Shown: positions 23,700-36,060 of the stretch, one piece after another
Layout of the letters: each line of letters opens with the position of its first letter
Position numbering within the stretch: position 1 is the stretch's first letter
The notes under the pieces: model-generated
Databases searched by the model: none
What the model was told of the DNA's origin: nothing
Seen by the model: the letters and a program-made list of their open reading frames with translations, nothing else
Translations under genes and position numbers: made by a program
DNA from: Eledone cirrhosa
Taxonomy: Eukaryota
DNA length: 64,000 nucleotides
NCBI GenBank assembly: GCA_964016885.1
Contig: OZ024741.1
Span: 272,490,001 to 272,554,000 of the forward strand
Direction: 5' to 3'

Positions 23700-24560
23700 T
23701 TGTTTACGCTGAAAAGGAGGTGACCCGGAATTTGACCTTTCTGTGTCACCCAGGGTTCAAGGTGTAGACAGATTTCACTACAAATATATGTAAACCTCGG
23801 CTTCACTCTTCTAGTGTGTCCGTATAGGGGCTCCCACAGGAACACTGAGTGCAGTGTCAACTCTGAATGTCGGTGAGCATGTCAAGCAAACCTCAGTATC
23901 CTCTGTGTTACTTTTGCGCTGACTTTTGGGAGGCTCCCATACAGCTCTGAGTTCTTCATCCTCAGTATATACTGATTAATGTTTAGAACCATCCCCAGCA
24001 TTCTCGTGTATCACCCATCCACTATCTGAGTGAGTTTCTTGGTTAAGTGTCCAAGTCTCAGACCCGTACAGTAACACAGACTCCACTGTAGCAACGAAGA
24101 AACGGGTCTTCAGGTCTTTACGAAGATCCAACTTCCACACCGATCTCAAACTGTGGCACGCCGCCCAGGCTTTGCTCTTCCTCTCAACCACATTGTCCTC
24201 TGCGTTGCTGATCTTTGCTCTCAGATACAGGAAGTCCTCAACTAACTCTAGTAGCTTCCCGCCTACATTCATAATCTTCTCTGGCTTCTTTATGTTCTCT
24301 ACCAGATACTTTGTCTTAATCTCATTCATTCTCAACCCCACACTCATCGACACAGTCTCAACCTCCTGCATTAACTCGTCCACCACCTTCACTGTGTTTG
24401 TCACCAGAACTATGTGGTCAGAAAATTCAGCATCTGATATCCTTTTAGCCTTAACTCTCCTGCTTTGAGCCAGTGCTATAGTAAAGCCAGAGTCCTGGTG
24501 TTTCTCCAACGTAAGGCACATACAATAGTCCACTGCGATGATAAAAAGGTTGGGAGCCAA
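23700..24560 (-). mobile_element. Decayed RTE-type LINE RT fragment (separate family)
   Basis: LAPNLFIIAVDY, DAEFSDHIVL (degenerate FADD), VESVLLYGSETWTL. Confidence 0.85.
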
Positions 24561-25409
24561 TATATATAACGCATTATAGAGTATATCATCGCTATATAAT
24601 AAACAGCAACGCTATCAACTTTTTCCACCCAGGGACTTCTACACCCAATGTGTTAAACTATTTAGCATAGTAAAAAAATACATTGAAACGTCTTTGTTAA
24701 TTTTCAATAAATACATAACTATTCAATGCTTCTGAAAATTGATCATTGTAATAAATAGATTCAAAATATAGGCATGTGATTAGAATGTCACAGGAAAGAA
24801 TCGCTGGACAGATCTTATGGACAAAACCAACTGGCAGGAGACCCAGGGGTAAACCCTCTGAGAAAAATGGTTGGATACATCCATGAGCTTGGCTGGTTAT
24901 GTTTGGGGATCCAGCTGTGTGTCAATGGTATTGCTCTTCTTTGTATACGTCAGGGTCCTCCAAAATGAGGACACATGTGTGGCTCCTCATTAACCCGACA
25001 CATATGTGACCCAACCCCTCACCAACCCCACACATGTATAACCCCCTCATCAAGCCCACACATGTACAAATATAAATACGAAAATAAATAAACCAGTAAA
25101 CAGACAACAATAAAAACTAATTATATAGAAACCAGAAAACTATATAGAGAAATTGTATTTTATTGTATTATTTTATATATTTTCATAACTTATACAAATA
25201 TCAGAACCCAAATTTCACTCAACACCCTGGGTAGCTTCATAACCTTTGGGGGAAGTGATGTTGACCACTTTGGAGGATCCCGACTAAGACAGAGAAGTAA
25301 GAGCAATACCATTGACAATTTTCAGGGCCTCAATGGTGGGAGGAAGTGAAGAAGTGATCCTTAGAAGTCTGAACTAAAATATACACAACAGAGAGAAGTT
25401 CTTCCATTA

Positions 25410-25902
25410 ATGACACCCAAGGACCAGGTGGCAATGTTAAATTAGGTGACAGATTAAATCTACCACCCAAGGACTAGGAGGTAGTGTTAAACTGGGTGAC
25501 ATATTAAGTTTACCACACAAAGGCAAGGTGATGGCATTAAACTAGGTGATAGATTAAATATACCATTATATGGCATATGTTGGTGTTAAACCAGGTGATA
25601 TATTAAGTCTACCACCCAAGGGTTATGTGGTGGTGTTAAACTCAGCAACAGATAAAGTCTACCACTCATGGGCCAGGTGGTGGTGTTAAACTGGGTGAGA
25701 GATTAAGTCTATCATCCAAGTGTCAGGTGGTGATATTAAACTGGCTGACCTAATGACTAGGTGGTGATATTAAACCAGGTGACAGATTATCTACCTCCTT
25801 AGGACCAGGTGGTAGTGTTAAACCAGGTGACATTGTCTACCACCCAAGGACCAGGTGGTAGTTGTTAAACCAGGTGACAAATTAAGTCTATCACCCAAGG
25901 AC
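25410..25902. repeat. Diverged ~50-bp tandem repeat, about 9-10 units
   Basis: Unit like taccacccaaggaccaggtggtagtgttaaaccaggtgacagattaagtc. Confidence 0.85.
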
Positions 25903-26609
25903 AAAAACAGTCCTTCTTTTTGCACAGTTTTTCACTCTCCAAATTTCACTCACAGTTTTGGTGTACCCAAAGCAGTGGTACAAGATACTTACTCAAAGTA
26001 CTGAACAGCAAGATCAAACCAAACACCACAAAGTTGTGAAGTGGACTTCTTAAATCATATGGCTATCCCTACACTCATTGGCAGGTACTTTTCTCACGTT
26101 AAGCTCATGAGAGATAAGTCTTCTCTGGGATAATATGCTGACCTTGTTGTCGATAGCCTTTCACTCTAGAAGAACTCAACAAACACTTTATTTATCAAGC
26201 CTGAAAGAATGAAAAGTAAAGTTGATGTCAGCAAGATTTGAACCCAAGTACATCGAATTCAATGTTGTAATGACTGACAATCCCTCGCCTCACTTCCTAT
26301 TGATGACAAGATACAAATCACCAATAACTCAGCCGGATGTCCAACTCTAATCTATCCATTCTATGTTATATTTACCAGTGATAATAACACATTCCTAACC
26401 AGCAAAGATTTCCTTCTACTTGTAACTTCACAGCAAGTTTTGGAATATGCTACAACACCAAGAAATAATCAATTTCTGAGATATTCACATCGCTTTCTGT
26501 CTCTTGGTGAGTTATACATCTCAAGAAAGGCTATTCACATAACCAAACAACAATCTCTTTTTATTTCCTAGGTTTGGGGGAAGGAGATGTATTCATGGAT
26601 TTTTTCAGC

Positions 26610-26925
26610 AGCCTTTTATGAGTGCATAGCTCGGAGATTAGAGAGTCACTTCAGGTAGAGGCGCTACTTCTCTGAATTGAGAGTTCACAGCTCTGATACT
26701 GTGGGCATGTGGTTAGAATGTCTCAGAAAAGAATTGCTGGACAGATTTTACTATGTGTAAAACCAACCAGAAGGAGACCCAGGGGTAGACCCCGAGCAAG
26801 ATGGTTGGATAACATCCATGAGCTTGACTGGTCTCTCTTAGGGATCCAGCTGGATCAGTTGGAGACGGTTGCTTCTGACAGGACCTGCTGGAAGTAGTGT
26901 TTGACACCCACAACCGTCTCAGGAA
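26610..26925 (+). mobile_element. RTE LINE 3' end (family C, GAA tail)
   Basis: GHVVRMSQKRIAGQIL...RRPRGRPRARWLDNIHEL; other copies at 24770-24920, 31010-31125, 32530-32880 and 35260-35522. Confidence 0.8.
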
Positions 26926-26981
26926 GAAGAAGAAGAAGAAGAAGAAGAAGAAGAAGAAGAAGAAGAAGAAGGAGGAGGAGG

Positions 26982-27075
<94 letters not shown>

Positions 27076-27133
27076 GGAGGAGGAGGAGGAGGAGGAGGAG
27101 GAGAAGGAGAAGGAGAAGAAGAAGAAGAAGAAG
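26923..27133. repeat. Compound triplet microsatellite (GAA)n(GAG)n(GAT)n(GAG)n(GAA)n
   Basis: Read directly from the sequence. Confidence 0.95.
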
Positions 27134-27409
27134 GTACTCATGGTATCTTTTCAGTTCGCTTCTCTGTGACTGGAGAGATGGATGCCATTGTTGTTCCACT
27201 TAAACTGTTGTATGTTGATGCAGAAAAAACCTGAGCCAGATAGGAATTCCAGCAGGCTCATGTTTTACGGAGGAAGTACTGTGGACTTGGGGGAGGTGAG
27301 GTTGGTTGGACACAAGACAGGCTTCAGAGGTAGAGAGATGAATAAATCAAGATGTGGCAGGAAATTAGTCAGTTCCAAGTAGAAGAGACTATTGTGGTAG
27401 TGGTTAAAA

Positions 27410-27805
27410 AGAGAGAAGATAGAGGACGTCTGTGGACCAGATGTTGTGACAGGAGGAAGAGAGGGAGGAGAGGTGACAGCACATCTGTGGACCAGATGTT
27501 GTGGCAGGGGGAAGAGGGAGGAGACAGGACATCTGTTGGAGTGGACCATATGTTGGGACAGGGGGAAGAGAGAGAGGAGACAGCATGTCTATGGATCAGA
27601 TGTGACAGGGAGCAAAGAGATAGAGGAGACAGTACATTTGTGGACCAGATGTTGTGGCAGTGGGAGGAGAGAGGAGAGATCGAATCTGTGACCAGATGTT
27701 GAGACAGGGGTAAGAGAGAGAGGAGAGATAGCACATCTGTGGGGGTGGACCAGAGATTGGGAGAGGAGGAAGAGAGTGAGAGGAGACTGCATGTCTGTGG
27801 ACTGA
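27410..27805. repeat. Diverged ~50-bp purine-rich tandem repeat
   Basis: Recurring acatctgtggaccagatgttgtg.caggggg..gagag. Confidence 0.8.
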
Positions 27806-28572
27806 GGATAGATTTTTAAAAAATCACTTAGTTAGGGGAGGGAGCAGTGCCCATGCCCCTTTCCAGAGCCTTTAAAACTGGTTTGGACGGAGGAAGTGAT
27901 TCCTTAAATCGGCGATCTGACCTGAATGCCTGCAACAAAGTGAACTCTGCTAAAGGAACCCCAAGGATTATGTCGTGGTATTAAACTGTGCGATGTATTA
28001 AGTCTGCGACGCATGTAGGCCACAGCACGCTTTAATCTCAGAATGCAACAACATGGAATAAACACCACAAGGCATCTTGTCCGAAAATCTACAACCGCCA
28101 CCCCCAGATTACTATTGTATTTATCAATCCTGGAAGGGTAATAGGAAAAATTGATCTCAACAAGATTTGAATTCAAAACGCAATGAATCGTAATAAATAC
28201 TGCAAGGTATTTTGCTCGGCGCTCTACCGATTCTTGACAGTTCCTCGACTCATCACCAACGGCCATCCAGCAGTTTTTCGAGAGTATGTAGGACTTCATT
28301 ATCAATTTTCTTTCTTCGTATGCCAAGTCAGTTGGAAGTGATTCGAGAGAAACTTGGCTGCTATTTCTAGCAGGTCGAATAACCACGTAGCGGTTTAGTT
28401 TGTTGTTGATCTTCAATCCTGATAGAGTTGTTTTAATCTTGATCATCCCGTTTTGGTAATGTTTTACTATTACACCTGTCTCCGAGACGGGTGTAATAGT
28501 ACATTATATATAATTTTTTTTTTTTATTTCAAGGTTACGTTGGAATATTTGAAGGTGAAATTTTTATTTTTC

Positions 28573-28818
28573 GAATAGGCTATTTAACCGGTCCCTGTAT
28601 AATAGACACCTAAGATATTTTACAGGTAAATATAAATAGTGTTAGGGTTAGATTTTAAATTGTCTTAACAATTGGTGATGAGAATAAGTAAACTACTTTG
28701 TTAAATCTATGTGTTGCTATTTTTAGCATTACCTGCCTTCATAATAACAAAATAACATATTTATCAGCAAAATAGCCTGGGGTGTCTATTTCACCGGAAC
28801 CGGTAAAATAGCCTATTC
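28573..28818. mobile_element. MITE with ~38-bp terminal inverted repeats
   Basis: gaataggctatttaaccggtccctgtataatagacacc versus ggtgtctatttcaccggaaccggtaaaatagcctattc. Confidence 0.8.
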
Positions 28819-30421
28819 CTTTATTTTTTTATATTATTTATTTTTTTATATTGTTTATAAGAAATACATAAATGTCACCGCGAACGCGAGACATTGTAAA
28901 ACACAAATTACCTAAAAAAGACTACGTTAATCAATGTTTCAATTTTTTCTCTCTTTAGATATTAAGGTGTGATTTGAGAGAGATTTTGCTGCTATTTCTA
29001 CCGCTTTGAGTGACCACCTGAAGGAGGCTGCCTCGTTGAAGTAGTTTGTCGTTCAAAGTAATCTCCCTTTGCTTCACTACCGGAAATAGGTGGAGTAGAT
29101 AATGACGTGGATTCCTCAACTTACGAAGATCCACCAAAACAAACCAATATTTGGTTAAAGTGATTTATATAAGAAACCATCTCCTGTAAGGTCAGCTATA
29201 TTTTTATTACAACCATCTATTTACCATTGGGTAGCTACAGCTATCGCTCAAACATGTCGACTAGCTTTTCACTATTAAATTGAAGTGCGTTTTATTATTT
29301 GAACGACATTAGCTCTAATAATAAATTCGTTCTAAATATTTACTTATCTACAATTATAAAAATGTCAAGGCTTTTTGAAACGTCAATATATTAAATGTGA
29401 ATAATGTTTTTTTTTTTCTCAAAGCCTAAATTTAATTTCGTAGTTATAATACTATGCATAATAACATTATTTAATCGTGTTTGAATTGCTATTAATAGCA
29501 GTTAAATTGTTCAACGACCTCTAAGCCCTGTCTAATCAAGTCACACCCTTTATTAAAAAACAGGTAACTCTCATGTTGAACAAGTATATTTCAAGGTATA
29601 TATAAAAGACAGTATTGTCGAGGTAGAAATATCTTTTAATAACGGCTGAATTCGGAATAACCAACAAAAACATTCGCTGACCTAACGATTCACTCTAAAT
29701 GTCTATAATTTTATAATAAATGTCAATTCTTCATTCCTAAAATATTTTTGAAAATAATTATATTAAATGACAATGATGCTTTCTTATAAACTAAATATAA
29801 TTTCATACTTCTATACAAACGACATTTGCTAACCAAAGAACTAATAATTCATCAAACATTTATTCACAATAATTAAGAAGAGTTAATTTTAAAAATAAAA
29901 CGCATTATTCTCATTTAATGTATATAGAAAATCTAAATTTCATTTCGTATCTTATACTATATATAAACGGCATTTCATAATCTGTTTATATATAGTATAA
30001 AAAGATTTCCTAATTTAACAGTATTTCCTAATTTACAAGGACTTAAATAAACCCCTTCCATACCAACCTGTGTATCTGCGACCGTATCTTATTATAATAC
30101 AAAACCTGTCTGTTTTAGAGTTTTCATTTCTAAATTAACATGTTCCATTAAAAATGAACCTCTTCGTGTGTTCCCAACACCATCTTAATAATGAAAGAAA
30201 TAAGTTATTTTACTAAATACACTCAAATTAATATATATATAAACATTTTTTTCCGATTCAGCCTTGTATGTCCCTTCAATCTTTCTAATTTCTCATTCTT
30301 TTTTCGGATGAAGGACTAACGTCCAAAACGTTAAGACCCTCTTCTTGCTATTTCAAGCGTTAAATTAATATATTCCTCCCATATACTGTACCGTTTGTGT
30401 TGTTATTCGTTTACCTTTTAC

Positions 30422-30528
30422 ACACACAAGGTGTCCAAAAAATATATACACACTTCAACAGCATTCCAATAAATATTGCCTGTACATGTAATGAAAGTAT
30501 GTATACAATTTTTTGGTACAGTCTGTAT
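30422..30528. mobile_element. ~100-bp Tc1/mariner-type MITE (decayed)
   Basis: caaggtgtccaaaaaatatatacac...gtatgtatacaattttttggtacagtctgta; same internal aataaatattgcctgt as 31684-31783. Confidence 0.6.
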
Positions 30529-31683
30529 ATTCAACATTAACGTAACCTTGCAAAGAACTACGGACTAAAGACAGAACGTATCTAAAAACACCTGCTGACC
30601 CTTCTACTTACCCCTTCAACGAAGACATGACAGCTACGGAGTTAACCCTTTTGATAATAAAATACCTTTCGTTCTATGATACAGAACTGTTTATTTTAAA
30701 AAGTATATATTTATTTTAAAGCCTTTCGTCACAATTTCGTGCTTCAACTACCAGCTTAATGAGAAAGTTATGTTATTAAATCTTTTCAAATTCTTCATTA
30801 TTTTCAAAATTAATTGAAAATCATAGGCAGTATCTTTCATTAGATAGGGTTAAACTGACTAGTTGAGAGAAGGTGCTTAGAAAGCTTAATTCTACCAGGC
30901 ATTGAAGATACGAATGTAGTCGTAGAAGTACATAGTGTATTTCATAAGAAATATGGCTGTGAAAGTGTTAAGTGTGAATATGATTTGAAAACTGAATTTT
31001 AAAAAATGAGAATAATGTAGCTGGATCAAATGGAGACAGTTGCTTCTGACAGGACCCGCTGAAGGGAGTACTTGATGCCCCTCACGCCTCACGACAATCA
31101 CAGGAACAAGTGGGCGAAGAAGAAGAAAATAATTGTTTCTACTTTTGGCACAAGGCCAGCAATTATCCAGTACATTACTTGTACTTTATTTTATCAACCC
31201 CGTAAGGATGAAAGGCAAAGTTAACCTCAGCGGGATTTGATCTCGGATCATAAAGGGAGAAAATAATGTTTTCTTATCTAATTTTAGTTCACAGTGGATT
31301 GACACACTAGTTTTGGCTGCCGGAGAAAATGCTTTGCAGCATTTGTTTTGGCTTTTTACATTCTGAGTTCATCCTGGGGTCGATAAATTAAAATACCAGT
31401 CACATATTGGTGTCCATGTAATCGACTCCATTGTTCCTTCTTAATTGCTATAAATTCCTTCAGCTGTCATTTGTGTCTAAATTAGAAACCATTTATACTA
31501 TGTAAATATATGCTGTGGGTGGTGGTGGTAGTAGTGGCTGTTGCGTTAACACTAAAATGGTTCTTATTAACTAACGTGTTGTTTCTGAAATAATAACTGC
31601 TGAGACAAACATCAATAATCTTATTATATGTTCATTCTCAAGTCTGAATTTACTCAAAGTAGTCTGTATGTATGTATATAAAT

Positions 31684-31783
31684 ATACAGGGTGTCCTCGA
31701 AAAATGTATCCATCATTCTAATAAATATTGCCTGTGCAGGTAATGAAAATGTGTATACATTTTTGGGGGTCGGGACGCCCTAT
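31684..31783. mobile_element. ~100-bp Tc1/mariner-type MITE
   Basis: ta cagggtgtcc...aaaaatgtat / atacatttttg...ggacgccct ata. Confidence 0.65.
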
Positions 31784-31829
31784 ATATATATATATATCTT
31801 CAATTCAGTACTCGTGCCAACCCTTACCT

Positions 31830-32490
31830 ATCATCATCATCATCATCATCATCGTTTAACGTCCATCTTCCACGCTAGCATGGGTTTGGACGGGAGTTTT
31901 CCCACTTGAGGCAAGATTGGTTGTCTTGCTCGTATAGGACTGTCTGGCGGGTTTTCTACGGCTGGATGCCCTTCCTAACACTAACCACGTTTACAGTGTG
32001 GACTGGGAGGTTTTTACCGTGTTACCTACACGGCCACATTACAGTGTGGACTGTGTGTTTTTTTTTCGTGACACCTACACGCCCTCATTTATTTCGGTCT
32101 GGATGTTGGGGTACCAACATAACTTTACATCGAAAGGGGTGGTGTGGATGGGGTGGGGCGGGGGTGTATTTTTGTTAGAGGTGCCTACTGACTAGGTTTC
32201 GCTTTGTACTTAGGCTAGGCGGGTCTTCTGTATTACTGTGTAGCGCCAAAGATCTCGGTCCAGTGACATTGTCTTGGAGAGGTGTAAGTGTGTGAGGTCG
32301 GAATTTATCAAGTCGTCCCAGGTTTTTCTGGGTCTGCCTACTGCGTGGCTACCGTCTATTTTTATCGCCCTGCACTTTTTTATACAGCTGTCGTCTTTCA
32401 TGCGCATCACGTGACCATACAAACGTAGTCTTCTCTCGAGTAAACAACATCTGATTCCTCTTATTCCTAATTTCTCCCTCAGTTCATATG
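31830..32490 (-). mobile_element. RTE family A 3' end
   Basis: ORF 32210-32503 ELREKLGIRGIRCCLLERRLRLYGHVMRM; (CAT)n on the + strand. Confidence 0.9.
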
Positions 32491-32529
32491 ATTGTAAATC
32501 CAAGCGGCTGAAATAGGGTTCCTTTGAAG

Positions 32530-32880
32530 GGTCTTTGGAGTAACATTACTCAATTGAGTGCGTAGCTTGGAGATCAGAGTGTCCCTCCAGTTAGAGCCAC
32601 TACTTCTCTGAATTGAGAGAGCACAGCTCTGATACTATGGGCATGTGGTTAGAATATCTCAGGAAAGAATCGCTGGACAGATTTTATGGGCAAAAACCGA
32701 CCAGCAGGAGACCCAGGGGTAGACCCTAAGCAAAATGGTTGGATAACATCCATGAGCTTGCTAGGTCTCGCTTGGGGATCAGCTGCAGATGGTTGCTTCA
32801 GACAGAACCTGCTGGAAGGAGTATTTGAGGACTCTACCGCCATGACCCTCTCAGGAATAAGTAGACGAAGAAGAAGATAT
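32530..32880 (+). mobile_element. RTE family C 3' end
   Basis: Similar to 26610-26925; gaagaagaag tail. Confidence 0.78.
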
Positions 32881-33450
32881 ATATATAAGCGGTGAGCCTT
32901 GTTAGTTACAGGATCATCATAGAAGAGTATTGTATGTATATGCAATGATATATATATATATGTGTGTGTGTGTATATATTTAATGGTATATATATATATA
33001 TGTGTGTATGTGAATATATGTAATGGTATATTTATGTGTGTATATATGTAATGGTACATCATCATCTTAACATCCTGTGCCTTATTTATGTACAGTCTCA
33101 TATATTTAATGGTATATTTGTATATATGTAATGTGTGTGTGTTTATAAATGGCTAACACATGACTATTCTCTGATCTAATTATTAAAATTACTAATCCAG
33201 TTTATGAACTCTTTATTTCTTCACTCAGCTTTTCTATATAGTTTGTTTTTTGTTGTTGCTGGTTTCAGTCATTAAACCTGAGATCTTCTCGAGCACCACA
33301 CTCAAGGAATCTGTCAATCATAAAGAAACTGATACTTATCTTTAAGTATTGAACTCCGTGATAGTGTGTTGGTTCAATAACTAAGTGTATATTGGTAGAA
33401 ATCATGTTCTCTAATATGTTGTCCACCTCTTGACTCTGACCGACAGGATG

Positions 33451-34950
33451 GAGAAGATATTGTCCTGGAAGTTGGCGAGGGAGACACGCTGGAAAAGCCA
33501 CTCCACCTCTTGGTCACAGCTGACAGAATAGAGAAGACATTACCCCAGAGGCTGGCGAAGCAGACACACTGGAAAAGCCACTCCACCTCTTGGTTACAGC
33601 TGACAGAATAGAGAAGACATTACCCCAGAGGTTGGCAAAGGAGACACACTGGAAAAGCCACTCCACTTCTTGGTCACAGCTGACAGAATAGAGAAGACAT
33701 TACCCCAGAGGTTGGCGAAGGAGACACACTGGAAAAGCCACTCCACCTCTTGGTCACAGCTGACAGAATAGAGAAGACATTACCCCAGAGGTTGGCGAAG
33801 GAGACACACTGGAAAAGCCACTCCACCTCTTGGTCACAGCTGACAGAATAGAGAAGACATTACCCCAGAGGTTGGCGAGGGAGACATGCTGGAAAAGCCA
33901 CTCTACCTCTTGGTCACAGCTGACAGAATAGAGAAAACATTACCCCAGAGGTTGGCGAAGGAGACACACTGGAAAAGCCACTCCACTTCTTGGTCACAGC
34001 TGACAGAATAGAGAAGACATTACCCCAGAGGTTGGCGAAGGAGACACACTGGAAAAGCCACTCCACCTCTTGGTCACAGCTGACAGAATAGAGAAGACAT
34101 TACCCCAGAGGTTGGCAAAGGAGACACACTGGAAAAGCCACTCCACTTCTTGGTCACAGCTGACAGAATAGAGAAGACATTACCCCAGAGGTTGGCGAAG
34201 GAGACACACTGGAAAAGCCACTCCACCTCTTGGTCACAGCTGACAGAATAGAGAAGACATTACCCCAGAGGTTGGCGAAGGAGACACACTGGAAAAGCCA
34301 CTCCACCTCTTGGTCACAGCTGACAGAATAGAGAAGACATTACCCCAGAGGTTGGCGAAGGAGACACACTGGAAAAGCCACTCCACCTCTTGGTCACAGC
34401 TGACAGAATAGAGAAGACATTACCCCAGAGGTTGGCGAAGGAGACACACTGGAAAAGCCACTCCACCTCTTGGTCACAGCTGACAGAATAGAGAAGACAT
34501 TACCCCAGAGGTTGGCGAAGGAGACACACTGGAAAAGCCACTCCACCTCTTGGTCACAGCTGACAGAATAGAGAAGACATTACCCCAGAGGTTGGCGAAG
34601 GAGACACACTGGAAAAGCCACTCCACCTCTTGGTCACAGCTGACAGAATAGAGAAGACATTACCCCAGAGGTTGGCGAAGGAGACACACTGGAAAAGCCA
34701 CTCCACCTCTTGGTCACAGCTGACAGAATAGAGAAGACATTACCCCAGAGGTTGGCGAGGGAGATACACTGGAACAGCCACTCCACCTCTTGGTCACAGC
34801 TGACAGAATAGAGAAGACATTACCCCAGAGGTTGGCGAGAAAGATGTGTTAGAACAGCCACTCAACCTCGTGGTCCCAGTGGACAAGATGGTGAGTGATA
34901 TGTGCTGGAACAGCCACTCCACCTCGCAATCCTGGCCAACAGGATGGAGA
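33451..34950. repeat. Homogeneous 80-bp minisatellite, about 18 units
   Basis: Unit gagaagacattaccccagaggttggcgaaggagacacactggaaaagccactccacctcttggtcacagctgacagaata; edges diverged. Confidence 0.97.
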
Positions 34951-35259
34951 TGACATTGCTATTCCCTCTCATAGGGGCTTGCACCTGCAAGTAGTCAGCT
35001 CTGCTCAGATAGTAGTGAGCAGGGATGTGGTCCGGGGGCCAAGAACTCTGGAAGTCTCCACTGCTGCAGGCTCTCTTACCTTAGAAATTGTGTATCTGGT
35101 TTAGAATAAATACAATTCCCCTGCATATTATAAGCGCTAACCAAACGGTTTCAATACAAATATTCAGAAAAAACTATCATGGCGAATTTAGTCAAATGTT
35201 TTGCCAGTTCACTGCCTTCAGAATTACACACATGAAATTACAAGAGTTAATTGATTAGA

Positions 35260-35522
35260 ACACAGCTCTGATACTATGGGCATGAGGTTGGAATGTCTAG
35301 GGAAAGAATCGCTGGACAGATTTTACGGGCAAAACCAACCAGTAGGAGATCCAGGGGTAGACCCCAAGCAAGATGTATGGATAACATTCATGAACTTGGC
35401 TGCTCTCACTTGGAAATCCAGCGAAATCAGTTAGAGATGGTTGCTTCTGACAGGATCCGCTCGAAGGAGTGTTTGAGCACTCTGCTCCCACGACCCTCAC
35501 AGCAATAAGTGGGTGAAGAAGA
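35260..35522 (+). mobile_element. RTE family C 3' end
   Basis: MSRERIAGQILRAKPTSRRSRGRPQAR; gaagaagaa tail. Confidence 0.78.
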
Positions 35523-36060
35523 ATAAAAATTAATTAGATTTTAATTTTACAGATGATTAACATTATCTTCAGAGATGATAGTTTGGAAAACATCTGAAAA
35601 ATTAATTAGTTGGGGAGAGAACGGGGAGGGGTGCGATTATTCGAGACAAAGAGTAAGTATTTAAAAGTAATTTTGTCTGTGAAGAAGATGAGGTTTATAG
35701 CTCAGAATAATTTATAATCCTACTAGTGTATCCATGCTGTTAATAACAACAGTAAGTAAATAATTGTTCTTAAGTAGAATATTAAAAAGTATTATCAACC
35801 ATAATACCATAACGTGTGTTTGTAAATATATATATATATATGTGTGTATATATAAATGTAACACATGTATATATACATATTATAAAGAGTCGTGACCCAA
35901 CGACAGAGCTCTTGCCATTTCAACAGCTAGTTACTAGCTGTTGAAATGGCAAGAGCTCAGTTGCCGACTCTTTATCTACTAGCCCAAATATTGAGTACTC
36001 TGTTTCAAACTGAATCCATCCTGATTTATATGTACGTATGTATGTATGTATATATATATA

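Noticed and set aside
26713-27203. Poly-K/D/E, poly-S, poly-R/M ORFs
   Set aside because: Reading frames of a compound triplet repeat
28900-30250. AT-rich unique stretch as a promoter or exon region
   Set aside because: No ORF, splice pair or motif that I can support
33451-34950. CRISPR-like array
   Set aside because: Whole units repeat with no unique spacers, there are no cas genes, and the context is eukaryotic
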